Notes: generated from the sequence alone by a model not told the origin. A stretch of DNA of 32,000 nt from Candidatus Methanoperedens sp. (GCA_027460535.1 JAPZAR010000007.1:30001-62000); one strand, 5' to 3'; positions 9,220 to 17,725 are shown, numbered from the stretch's first letter. Numbers and translations: made by a program.

Positions 9220-9581
9220 AAAAAGATCCGGAGGTATTTCTTGAGCATATTTTAGAAAGTATAGAACTTATTGAAAAATATACAGCAAATAAAACTATCA
9301 GCGATTTCATCAAATCTGTTCAACTTCAGGATTCGATCATTCGTAGAATAGAAATAATTGGGGAAGCGGTCAAGAATTTACCTGATGAGGTTAAGAACAA
9401 TTATCCTGACGTTCCATGGAAAAAGATAGCCGGAATGAGGGATGTCCTTATCCATGAATACTTCGGAATTGATCTGGAGTTGACATGGCAAGTAGTACAA
9501 AAGGACATTCCAGATTTGAAAAGGGAAATCATGAAAATAAAACATGATTTAAAAACAAGATCCTCGAAGTCAAGAAAGTAA
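9216..9581 (+). CDS. hepT: HEPN-domain (DUF86) toxin
   Basis: The Rx4H motif sits in GMRDVLIHEYFGIDLELTW. Length 121 aa. There is a 4-nt start/stop overlap with the MNT gene. Confidence 0.85.
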   Translation: MKKDPEVFLEHILESIELIEKYTANKTISDFIKSVQLQDSIIRRIEIIGEAVKNLPDEVKNNYPDVPWKKIAGMRDVLIHEYFGIDLELTWQVVQKDIPDLKREIMKIKHDLKTRSSKSRK

Positions 9582-9806
9582 GACCTGCGATGAATTATTT
9601 CAAAACATCAACAGAACCATAGAAGTTGCGCCCCCCTGAGATAATTATTTCAAGCCCCCATCTATTTTATTACAATGCCAAACTAACGGGCATACGATAG
9701 AAACCCTCATTCGCCACCGTTGATGCTGCCGAATTCTTTCGGCATTCCACTACGCTCCCTGAAACGCGTTTGTTAGCTTCTCCCGGTTTGCGAAAATTCA
9801 GGCGCT

Positions 9807-10007
9807 TTATATCGGTAGATTTTGTATAAAGATGGAAGATGAAAATACGAGCAGAAGGGATAGAGACGAAGATAGCAGGTTTCTTCCAAGTTTTCTCGAA
9901 TAAAAAAAGGAAATGAGCACACTGATTAAAAAAGAAAAGCCAAAAAGCGGTATCGAGCGTGCTATGCCCAGTTCATAAGCCAGCGTGAAAAGTGTAAGAA
10001 TTGTCAT
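9807..10007 (-). CDS. Small hydrophobic ORF (66 aa), possible membrane peptide or gene fragment
   Basis: Last of four same-strand hydrophobic ORFs. It has two predicted hydrophobic spans and no recognisable motif. Confidence 0.3.
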   Translation of the reverse strand: MTILTLFTLAYELGIARSIPLFGFSFLISVLISFFYSRKLGRNLLSSSLSLLLVFSSSIFIQNLPI

Positions 10008-10021
10008 TCTAATCTACCAGA

Positions 10022-10237
10022 CTAGCTATAGAAACAATAGAAGCATGATAAAACAATATACAGTCCTGTTAATAAAGTTAACAAAATCGTATAAGACACC
10101 CATATGCGATTTCTTAGAATTGACGCCGTCATCATGCCAGACGGAATAATTGGCACAAGTACTATAGCCGCATACATGCCAATATTTCCTATAATGCTTA
10201 CCACGTTAATAGAATCCAGAATAACGATCGAAAACAT
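10022..10237 (-). CDS. Small hydrophobic ORF (71 aa), possible fragment
   Basis: Nearly entirely hydrophobic. It overlaps the upstream ORF by 40 nt in another frame. Confidence 0.3.
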   Translation of the reverse strand: MFSIVILDSINVVSIIGNIGMYAAIVLVPIIPSGMMTASILRNRIWVSYTILLTLLTGLYIVLSCFYCFYS

Positions 10238-10413
10238 AGAAAAGACAATCTGTTCAGCACGGCCATGAATGCAGCAACTCCTGAAATGACGACCAGCTTT
10301 CTTTTTTCATGAGAATGCGCCATTTCCCTGAGTTTTAGTCTCTCTTTAAATATCCACACAATTAATAGGATTATGGCAAGTATAAATAAAATAACCTGGT
10401 TTTGTGCATCCAT
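10198..10413 (-). CDS. Small hydrophobic ORF (71 aa), possible fragment
   Basis: An N-terminal TM span (VILFILAIILLIVWIF) is followed by a basic linker and a second hydrophobic stretch. It starts 5 nt after the stop of the 99-aa ORF. Confidence 0.35.
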   Translation of the reverse strand: MDAQNQVILFILAIILLIVWIFKERLKLREMAHSHEKRKLVVISGVAAFMAVLNRLSFLCFRSLFWILLTW

Positions 10414-10418
10414 CTATA

Positions 10419-10718
10419 TCATTTTCTATCTTCATCATTCGAACGTAAACCTGGTTCAGTTATTTTCCCTATCGATTCCTGGTATCCTTCTTTGAACTTT
10501 TCAACAGATCCGTACAGGATAAGAATAAACCCGGCAGTTATCAGGAGACCTGATGCGACCACATATTCCTGGCTCAGGTCTGGCCTGTCCGGTCCTGGAT
10601 ATGTACCGCCGCTAAATATAGCCATCAAGAAATTCGGGATTGCGGCAATAATTGGAGTTATGACCAATGCTGTCCCGACTATCCTTACAGTGCGCGAACA
10701 ATCATTTGATTTATCCAT
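10419..10718 (-). CDS. Small two-TM membrane protein (99 aa)
   Basis: Two clear TM spans (VGTALVITPIIAAIPNFLMAIF and VVASGLLITAGFILILYG) and a charged C-terminal tail. It lies 84 nt downstream of the DUF4139-like gene on the same strand. Confidence 0.45.
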   Translation of the reverse strand: MDKSNDCSRTVRIVGTALVITPIIAAIPNFLMAIFSGGTYPGPDRPDLSQEYVVASGLLITAGFILILYGSVEKFKEGYQESIGKITEPGLRSNDEDRK

Positions 10719-10802
10719 AATTTCATCATCCTAATTTTGAGACTAGAAGCAATCTTGCAATCATTGTTATTTTTGATATTTACTATTTCTTCAGATCCTT
10801 TG

Positions 10803-12320
10803 TCAATACCTGATCTCAGCGGTGTAAGCTATGTTTTTAGTACCATCCTTTGAAACGTTAACCTCGAATTCGATGGTGTAGGCATCTTTCTTTTTGTACT
10901 GCTCCGAAGATTTCGTTATCTTCCAGTTGCCATTGAGGTGCTCGATCACTGTTACATTAATATCCTCAGTCTTATGGTTCTTCAGTTCGATGCTGTAACT
11001 CTCCCTGTTCCCATTGCTACCAAGGCCTTCTACATTTGTCACAAGGCGATTGCCTACGATATCGAAGGCATTGCCCACAGCAATCCTTAATTTCTCATCC
11101 TTTGGCGTATGGTCGATGCTGTCCTCCCCTAAGAACTGTAGCTGGCCGTCAGTGTCAGCCTTATATGCCCTGACCACGCCCTTTGGTAGCGGCATGCCCA
11201 GGCCATTTTCTTTTGAGTTGGTAATGTTAAGCACTACCTTTACTTTCTCTCCATCCCTCGTGCCATCATAAGAATACTCTTTCCTCGCAGGTACATTATC
11301 CGCGCTGAGAAGAGAAATTTGTTTAATCTCATTGTTGTTCAGGGTCGTAGTTCGCTGCAGTGTATACAGGTGGTATTCAAAGAGTCCTTCTTCACTGAAA
11401 CCTGATGGTGGTGCCCCTACCGCATAAGTGGCAGTAGCCCCCGCGTATACTTGAGGATAGTATTGTGGAACATAAACCCTGTTGATGTCTCCAGCCACCA
11501 GTTTAAGCTTTGCATCCGGATATGCCGTTCCCGCATTGTTCTCGATGGTGACCCATCCTTTGATGTTCGCCTTAGCGTCGTTCTGGTCTATGGTTGCGAT
11601 GTAGTTTGCCTTCCAGTTCATCCCTTCCGTGAGATATGTTGTCTCGACTTCCCGGCTACCCGAGGTATCAGTGTATATCTGCCAGATAAGAGTGGGTTTT
11701 GTAAGAAGACCTGCTGCATCGGGATATTCAATTTTCTTTACATCATTGAGAACCACTACCCCTTTCTGGGTCAAAAGCGCTATGCCACCGGAGCGGCCAA
11801 GAAGCCTGCCTGTGAAAGACTCATTGTCGGATGTGACTGTTATATCTTTATCAAGATATTTATCCAGGAGTTTATCCGAGCTGACAAGGTCATATTCATA
11901 GTTCTGCTCAACGACCATAGTGTTCTCGCTTTTTGGGTCCCTGAACATCACGGATGTTGGGTCTATCTTGGAGGCGACATCGACGTATTTAATGACATTG
12001 TTGCCGCTGTTGAGCTCCATCGTCCTGTATTCTTTTACGAGAGCAAGATTCTGGTTATAAACCGTTAATTCGCTCCTTATCTTCTCCTCACCAGCCGCCT
12101 TTGCAAGGGAGAGGAGGGCGATTTTCGGCCCATCCTTTGAAACCACAGTTGCCGAACCTTCGATGTTATTCCAATTTTTTCCTTCCCGGCCGCTCCACAC
12201 AACTGCAAGAGAAACCAGCAGCAATCCGATTATGATCAAAGAGATAATTTTACGAAGTTTCGCAGATTGTAGACCTAGATAGACGCACCTTATTTTTTCC
12301 AGCATTACACCACCATACAC
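10803..12320 (-). CDS. DUF4139/DUF4140-like (MuiA-family-like) membrane-anchored extracytoplasmic protein
   Basis: There is an N-terminal anchor (IISLIIIGLLLVSLAVVW). The N-terminal block LTVYNQNLALVKEYRTMELNSGNNVIKYVDVASKIDPTSV matches my recollection of this family. So does the C-terminal block VRAYKADTDGQLQFLGEDSIDHTPKDEKLRIAVG...YSIELKNHKTEDINVTVIEHL. Confidence 0.6.
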   Translation of the reverse strand: MYGGVMLEKIRCVYLGLQSAKLRKIISLIIIGLLLVSLAVVWSGREGKNWNNIEGSATVVSKDGPKIALLSLAKAAGEEKIRSELTVYNQNLALVKEYRTMELNSGNNVIKYVDVASKIDPTSVMFRDPKSENTMVVEQNYEYDLVSSDKLLDKYLDKDITVTSDNESFTGRLLGRSGGIALLTQKGVVVLNDVKKIEYPDAAGLLTKPTLIWQIYTDTSGSREVETTYLTEGMNWKANYIATIDQNDAKANIKGWVTIENNAGTAYPDAKLKLVAGDINRVYVPQYYPQVYAGATATYAVGAPPSGFSEEGLFEYHLYTLQRTTTLNNNEIKQISLLSADNVPARKEYSYDGTRDGEKVKVVLNITNSKENGLGMPLPKGVVRAYKADTDGQLQFLGEDSIDHTPKDEKLRIAVGNAFDIVGNRLVTNVEGLGSNGNRESYSIELKNHKTEDINVTVIEHLNGNWKITKSSEQYKKKDAYTIEFEVNVSKDGTKNIAYTAEIRY

Positions 12321-12476
12321 CTAAATCAAGATTGTAGTACTAATATTTTTCTGCCACCATTATTTACATGGCACTTATAAAATATTTTGTTAAACTACAA
12401 ATGGGATCATAATTTCATACCAACAAATTATATTGAAACCACAATAATATTCTCACTTGCCGCAGTATATGGAAAA

Positions 12477-13172
12477 TTAATGCTTCAGCTGCTGAGACCG
12501 CCTCTTTTTCCTGTCCTCAAGCGTTTTCTTGATCAGGTCATCAATATCGCTGTACTGCTTCCGCTCTCCATGAAAATGCTTATCCTCTGTCTCTTCGATC
12601 CTCTTCCCTGGTTTTTCAAAAACCAGCAGGTAATTATAAGGTCCCGCATCCGATTCTTCTTTGAGTTCAAAACCATTATCTTTGCAGATCGAAATAATTT
12701 CATCCGGGGTAAGCCGCTCTTCGACAGGCGGCCCGAAATCCATTTGCATTTTCTTCCAGTCGATGATCATCAGCTTTCCCCCGCTGAAAAGGATGCGTCT
12801 TCCTTCTCTCAATATGGCTTCCCTGTCTTCAAGTTCATGGAATACATTTACCATGAGCAGAACATGCGCGGAATTATCGGGCAGCGGGATGGAGGATTCT
12901 CCTGAAAGAATGGTCTCAATGTTCGTGATGTTCTCTTTTTTTATCTTATCACCGAGGCTATCCAGCATCTCCTGCTGGACATCGAGAGCAAACACCTTTT
13001 TGACCTTCATGGATGCGGGTATCGAAAAATAACCCGTTCCGCAGCCAAGATCGACAAGAATCATATCCCTGGTAAGCCTATCCAGAATGCTTTCGGGATT
13101 TAAAATCCGGATTCTATCCGGGCTGTCGAGTATTCCCGCATTCTGCGGATTGAATTTATGAGCCATCCACAT
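12477..13172 (-). CDS. Class I SAM-dependent methyltransferase
   Basis: Motif I is ILVDLGCGTGYFSIP. An acidic residue ends beta-2 (ALDVQ), and the post-I/II pattern is LLMVNVFHEL. There is a basic ~40-aa C-terminal extension. The true start may be ATG 13166 (MAHKF). Confidence 0.8.
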   Translation of the reverse strand: MWMAHKFNPQNAGILDSPDRIRILNPESILDRLTRDMILVDLGCGTGYFSIPASMKVKKVFALDVQQEMLDSLGDKIKKENITNIETILSGESSIPLPDNSAHVLLMVNVFHELEDREAILREGRRILFSGGKLMIIDWKKMQMDFGPPVEERLTPDEIISICKDNGFELKEESDAGPYNYLLVFEKPGKRIEETEDKHFHGERKQYSDIDDLIKKTLEDRKKRRSQQLKH

Positions 13173-13216
13173 GAATAAGATTTATTATAATAGCTTGATG
13201 GATTTAAAAATGATTT

Positions 13217-13372
13217 CTAAACTTTTTTGATGTTGGTCGATTCACATGACGGACAGCATATCTTTTTCCCCAGCCCTTTGAATCTGGTATTGCAGTCAAT
13301 GCATTTGTACTGGATTGCACTTATTTCTTCCGGGTCGATGTCCACACTCGCGGAGGTATCTACAAAACACAT
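13217..13372 (-). CDS. Small (51 aa) zinc-ribbon protein, absent from the ORF track
   Basis: Base-by-base hand translation of the minus strand: MCFVDTSASVDIDPEEISAIQYKCIDCNTRFKGLGKKICCPSCESTNIKKV, stop TAG (plus-strand cta 13217-13219). The Cys pattern is CxxC-x11-CCPxC. A strong SD (GAGGTGA) lies 5-11 nt upstream. It ends 44 nt upstream of the methyltransferase ORF. Confidence 0.6.
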   Translation of the reverse strand: MCFVDTSASVDIDPEEISAIQYKCIDCNTRFKGLGKKICCPSCESTNIKKV

Positions 13373-13478
13373 AGTTCTCACCTCGTTGATAATCAATGAT
13401 TTTTCATGCTCTTAATGCTTTTGACTGCATGGGAATTGAAAATGACAAAAACTGAAAGTTAATTATCCGCCGGACTTC

Positions 13479-13575
13479 ATTCGGTCGTATCCATCAGGTA
13501 AATATATGCGTTGGTTGAATAATGTCTGCATACGGACCAATGTGAATTTTATGCGCGTTCGAAGATTCGGTCGTA
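13479..13575. promoter_or_regulatory. Two perfect copies of ATTCGGTCGTA in the divergent intergenic region (candidate operator sites)
   Basis: The 11-mer occurs at 13479-13489 and 13565-13575. The second copy ends 7 nt before the ATG of the Cys-rich ORF. Confidence 0.35.
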
Positions 13576-13582
13576 GATCAAA

Positions 13583-13819
13583 ATGGTTATTGAAATATGT
13601 GAAGACATTATAAAAAAAACGTATAGATGTAAAAAAAACTTTTCCTGTTTGTCCGGTGAAAGGACCGACCTCTGCCAGGTGGAGTCATGCATAAACGGCG
13701 AGATAATATTCCTTAAATGCATGTACACGAGCCTCTGCAGCTACCAGATACCTTTTGGATATTCTTCCGTGTGCACCTGCCCTGTCAGAAAAGAACTCTA
13801 TAATCGCTATAAAATCTGA
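13583..13819 (+). CDS. Cysteine-rich small protein (78 aa)
   Basis: Ten Cys in 78 aa (CEDIIKKTYRCKKNFSCLSGERTDLCQVESC...CMYTSLCSYQ...VCTCP). It is divergent from the zinc-ribbon ORF. I did not recognise a family. Confidence 0.45.
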   Translation: MVIEICEDIIKKTYRCKKNFSCLSGERTDLCQVESCINGEIIFLKCMYTSLCSYQIPFGYSSVCTCPVRKELYNRYKI

Positions 13820-13855
13820 ACCCATGGCAAAATTAATGTAGTTTTGATTTAATAG

Positions 13856-15631
13856 ATGACTGGAAAAATGAAGGTAACTAGAAGGAAGTTTGTGGGAATG
13901 TGCGCGAAGGCAGGCATTCTGGCTTCAGGTATCGGGCTTGCAGGATGTCTTCAAAAACCACCGATTGAGCTGAATGCTACAGCTGCCCCAAAGCTCAAAG
14001 GTAATTTCATCGACGGGGCATCGGGCGGGGATGCAGAGACTGTTAACTGGATACTGGCCGGAGATGCCACTTCTTTTAGTTATATAGGCCTCACTATGGA
14101 TGGGCTTGGAACTTACGACAACAAGTTCAATTTCCTGCTCAGGTGGCTTAAAAAAGATGTTGAAGTCTCGGATGATGGTCTGATTTATACGCTGACGATC
14201 AGGGATGACCTTGAATGGAGCGACGGAAATCAGGTGACTTCGGATGACTTTGTCTATACCATGAAGAACCTGATGTTCGCTGACTGGATGGCATATACCT
14301 ATGCGGGAGACTGGCAGGAAGAAGTGGATGGTAAGAATGTTTTCATAATGCCAAGAATCGAGAATGAGACAACTTTCAGCATCACAAGGAAAACCGCATA
14401 CCCGGAATTTCTATACACTGTATATGGTTTATTGGCGTATCCGAAACATATCGTATCAAAATATGCAGGTAATATTAAAGAATTTACGCAGGCATCTGAA
14501 CTTAATAATCTCTCATATACGGGGAATTTAGGGCCTTACCGTTTTAAGGAATGGATACGAAGTGATAAATTTGTAGCTGAGCGAAATCCTGACTATTATC
14601 TGGGCAAGGATGAGGGCGAACCGTATTTTGAGACTTACACTGTAAAGCTTTTTGGCACATCTGCAGCAAGACATGCTGCCATGGAAGCCGGTGATGTTAC
14701 TTCTACATTAATTGAACCTGAACAGGCAAGGAAATTTAAGGAGATGAAAGGCATAGCAGTCTATACAGTTCCGACAAAACAATACCAGATAATGCAGTAC
14801 AATATGCGGGATAATGGTTGGCCTGGGTTGAAAGACAAAAGGATAAGGCAGGCCATTTCAATGGCTGTAAGCAAAGACGCAATAATCAACCAAATACGCC
14901 TAGGTTTTGGTGAGCCAGCATTCAGTTTTATACCGGAAGTCTCCCCATGGTATGCCGAAGATGGCCTCATGAAATTTGGAGTCGGAGACCTTTATGATAA
15001 GAATAAATCCAGAGAACTTTTCCTTGAAGCAGGTTACGGCGTAAAAAAAGAAGGAAAGATTGAATTGCGAAATAAAGATGGAAGCCAGATAAATTTAAAA
15101 CTCGTGACCAATACCGGAAGCAAAGTGGCTGAATCTACGGCTTTCCTTGTCAAACAAGAACTTGGAGAGCTGGGAATAGATGTTGAAATTAAGCTTGTCC
15201 CATGGGAAACCGAGCTTCGGAAATATTTCATGACCAAAGTACCAGGAAGTGATCAGGAGCCAAGACCTAATAACGGGCCAAAGGCCATAAGCGAGGAGAC
15301 TTGGGATTTCATTTTATCTGGTCAAGGAGTTGACCCACTTGCGCCTTCTAATAGTTGGGTCTGGTTTTCTTCGAATGGCGGTCAAAATAGCTATGGTTAT
15401 TCAAATAAGAAAATTGATGATTTGTTTGCGAAAGTCCGCACTAAGGAAGCACTTGGAAAAGATGTCAGGAAGGAGATATATAACGAAATATCCCGCATAT
15501 TATCAGAGGATCAGCCTGTCAACTTTATGAATTTTCCTACAATGAATTATGCTTATGACTCCAGAGTGAAAGGAATTGACCCTGGTATATCCATAGGTTA
15601 TAATTATAATGAATGGTACTTTAAGTCTTGA
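13856..15631 (+). CDS. ABC transporter substrate-binding protein, family 5 (peptide/nickel/opine type), Tat-signal lipoprotein
   Basis: The signal MKVTRRKFVGMCAKAGILASGIGLAGC combines a twin-arginine motif with a lipobox-like LAGC. The SBP_bac_5-like block is LLRWLKKDVEVSDDGLIYTLTIRDDLEWSDGNQVTSDDFVYT. Length 591 aa. Confidence 0.8.
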   Translation: MTGKMKVTRRKFVGMCAKAGILASGIGLAGCLQKPPIELNATAAPKLKGNFIDGASGGDAETVNWILAGDATSFSYIGLTMDGLGTYDNKFNFLLRWLKKDVEVSDDGLIYTLTIRDDLEWSDGNQVTSDDFVYTMKNLMFADWMAYTYAGDWQEEVDGKNVFIMPRIENETTFSITRKTAYPEFLYTVYGLLAYPKHIVSKYAGNIKEFTQASELNNLSYTGNLGPYRFKEWIRSDKFVAERNPDYYLGKDEGEPYFETYTVKLFGTSAARHAAMEAGDVTSTLIEPEQARKFKEMKGIAVYTVPTKQYQIMQYNMRDNGWPGLKDKRIRQAISMAVSKDAIINQIRLGFGEPAFSFIPEVSPWYAEDGLMKFGVGDLYDKNKSRELFLEAGYGVKKEGKIELRNKDGSQINLKLVTNTGSKVAESTAFLVKQELGELGIDVEIKLVPWETELRKYFMTKVPGSDQEPRPNNGPKAISEETWDFILSGQGVDPLAPSNSWVWFSSNGGQNSYGYSNKKIDDLFAKVRTKEALGKDVRKEIYNEISRILSEDQPVNFMNFPTMNYAYDSRVKGIDPGISIGYNYNEWYFKS

Positions 15632-16306
15632 CTACTGATGCTTCTTTCGCCTGTATGCTATCCCGAACTTGACCAGGGCATCTTCAAGATCAGGAAACGA
15701 ATAAGGAAGTTTTTCCTTTTTCAAAAGGCCTTCAAGTTCTCTGAGGATCTTTAACCTTTCATTTTCATTCTTTCCCTCCAATCCGGTCAATCCCAGAGCG
15801 CGTGCCGCTGAAATCATGACATCGACCGGCAGGGGTTCAGCTTTTTTCCATATCCCTCGAAGTTCCCTGAGGAAAATGTTCACGGTCACAGGGCCCACTC
15901 CCTTGAACTCCATGAGTCTTGATTCCAAATCCCTTGGATCCAGGGCTTCTTCATGCAGGCGGTTCAGGTCTCCGCCATATCTTTTATTCAGCATCTCCGA
16001 AATCTCCAGAAGTTTTGTCGCGGTCTTAAAGTCATAGCGCACATAACCGCCTGCGTCCAGGATTACCACAAGACCGTTCCAGCCTGTACTGAGAATGGCT
16101 TCAGGTGTGAGCACGTTCTGCCTTTGAAATTCGCGATAAGTTTGCATAGCTGCCTCCTGCCGTATCCTGGCACCGAAAAGGATCGAAGCAAGGAACCATT
16201 TGAATATCTCCTCTGACCTCTCCGAGTCAATATCAATGCCAAGCCTGGCAGAGAATCTGCCTCCCCACTCTTCCATGAGCCGGACGATACGATCCTTCTT
16301 GCTCAT
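15632..16306 (-). CDS. Helix-hairpin-helix DNA glycosylase-like protein (EndoIII/AlkA superfamily)
   Basis: The HhH-like segment is LMEFKGVGPVTVNIFLRELRG, within an all-helical 224-aa protein. Its stop codon abuts the stop of the convergent SBP gene. Confidence 0.45.
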   Translation of the reverse strand: MSKKDRIVRLMEEWGGRFSARLGIDIDSERSEEIFKWFLASILFGARIRQEAAMQTYREFQRQNVLTPEAILSTGWNGLVVILDAGGYVRYDFKTATKLLEISEMLNKRYGGDLNRLHEEALDPRDLESRLMEFKGVGPVTVNIFLRELRGIWKKAEPLPVDVMISAARALGLTGLEGKNENERLKILRELEGLLKKEKLPYSFPDLEDALVKFGIAYRRKKHQ

Positions 16307-16551
16307 TGCTTTACCATTATCCTCAGATCTGATTAGGTTATCGAAAAATATTTCTTCCCATCATAGCAGCATGGTTTGAATAAAATCGAAAAACTTACAC
16401 GATCATAAGAAAAACCTGATAAAATATCATCCACGTTTATAGCATTAGTGAAACCGGGATGATTTTCTTTTTGCCCTGATTTCATCCCTGGATATTTCAG
16501 AACCTATCCATAGATAGGCTTATGATACATGTGACAATTATTTGACTGCTT

Positions 16552-17055
16552 ATGCTAAAGGATGTCAAGGAAACTGCCTCATGGAAAAGGAGTAAAGGAG
16601 AGTTCTCAGTTATCGAAGTTCCGGCTATCATAGTGAGTATCAAGACCTTTGTGGATTTACAGAAGAGTGCTGAAAAGATATTAGGCTTTGATGGTGCAGC
16701 TGTGCTCTTTTACGAAGCCGGGAAAAACGCAGGTGAACGCTGGATAAATCGATTTTCCACGGACTGGGGTTTGAAGAATGAAAAGTTCATTGAGGCAGTT
16801 CAGAACTTCTACGCCGAACTTGGATGGGGCAAGTTTAATATTGATGATAGTGACGATGAGATTGTGATAAGGGTCGAGAACTCATTCATTGCAAGAGGTT
16901 ACGGGAATTCGAAGGTCGAAGTCTGTCATTTTTTAAGAGGTTACAACGCAGGTCTTGCAGAGGTACTGAAATGCAGGACCATTGATGCGGAGGAAGTAAA
17001 GTGTGCCGCGAAAGGAGATAACTTCTGCGAGTTTGTGATGAAATGTGTGGACTGA
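16552..17055 (+). CDS. V4R (4-vinyl reductase) domain protein
   Basis: The C-terminal pattern VCHFLRGYNAGLAEVL...EEVKCAAKGDNFCEFV is typical of V4R small-molecule-binding domains. Length 167 aa. Confidence 0.65.
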   Translation: MLKDVKETASWKRSKGEFSVIEVPAIIVSIKTFVDLQKSAEKILGFDGAAVLFYEAGKNAGERWINRFSTDWGLKNEKFIEAVQNFYAELGWGKFNIDDSDDEIVIRVENSFIARGYGNSKVEVCHFLRGYNAGLAEVLKCRTIDAEEVKCAAKGDNFCEFVMKCVD

Positions 17056-17128
17056 TTAATGAGGACTTTTTCATCAAGTCATGGAAACCAGCTATAAAGT
17101 TTATATTATCCTCCAATAAGTTAGAAGC

Positions 17129-17725
17129 ATGCGTATCGGTGTTATTGCGATCCAGGGAAACGTGGAAGAGCACGTCAGCGCAATCATGGAAGCTTCGAAG
17201 CAGGCAAAAAGAAAAGTAGAGGTCATAAAGATAAAACACAAAGGATCAGTTCCAGCATGCGATGCCCTCATTATCCCCGGAGGGGAGAGCACAACTATTG
17301 GCAGGCTTATGGAGCGGGAAGGGATATCCTCGGAGATAAAAAAGGCGGCTCATGCCGGAATCCCTATAATGGGAACATGTGCGGGACTTGTATTGCTTGC
17401 AAAACTGGGTGATGAACAGGTAGAAAAGACAAAGCAGAATCTTCTCGGTCTGATGGATACAAGAATTTGCAGGAACGCTTTCGGGAGGCAGAGAGAGTCG
17501 TTTGAAGCTCTGGTTGAGTTTAAAGGCCTTGATTCACCATTCAATGCGATTTTCATAAGGGCCCCCTGTATCACAGAAGCTGGCAAAGATGTGGAAATCC
17601 TGTCAAAACACAACGGTATAATCGTTGCTGCAAGGCAGAAAAATATAATTGCTCTGGCGTTTCATCCCGAATTGGCAGGAGATCTGAGAATACACCATTA
17701 TTTTTTGAAAATGATGGATAGCTAA
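17129..17725 (+). CDS. pdxT: Pyridoxal 5'-phosphate synthase glutaminase subunit PdxT
   Basis: MRIGVIAIQGNVEEHV, GGESTTIGRL, the catalytic Cys in MGTCAGLVLL, and AFHPELAGDLRIHHYFL. Length 198 aa. Confidence 0.9.
   Translation: MRIGVIAIQGNVEEHVSAIMEASKQAKRKVEVIKIKHKGSVPACDALIIPGGESTTIGRLMEREGISSEIKKAAHAGIPIMGTCAGLVLLAKLGDEQVEKTKQNLLGLMDTRICRNAFGRQRESFEALVEFKGLDSPFNAIFIRAPCITEAGKDVEILSKHNGIIVAARQKNIIALAFHPELAGDLRIHHYFLKMMDS

Noticed and set aside
9593-9653. Direct repeat AATTATTTCAA (9593-9603 and 9643-9653) downstream of hepT, and the hairpin TGCCGAA-TTCT-TTCGGCA (9727-9744)
   Set aside because: These are short AT-rich repeats in AT-rich spacer DNA and a 7-bp hairpin without a T-run. They are plausible by chance or as weak terminators, and I could tie them to no further structure.
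13227-13415. 62-aa plus-strand track ORF
   Set aside because: It overlaps the minus-strand zinc-ribbon ORF, which has a strong SD and a coherent Cys pattern. The plus-strand product has no features.
16503-16518. Inverted repeat CCTATC-CATA-GATAGG, about 35 nt upstream of the V4R gene
   Set aside because: It has only 6-bp arms and occurs once. It might be an operator, but the evidence is too thin to report as a feature.
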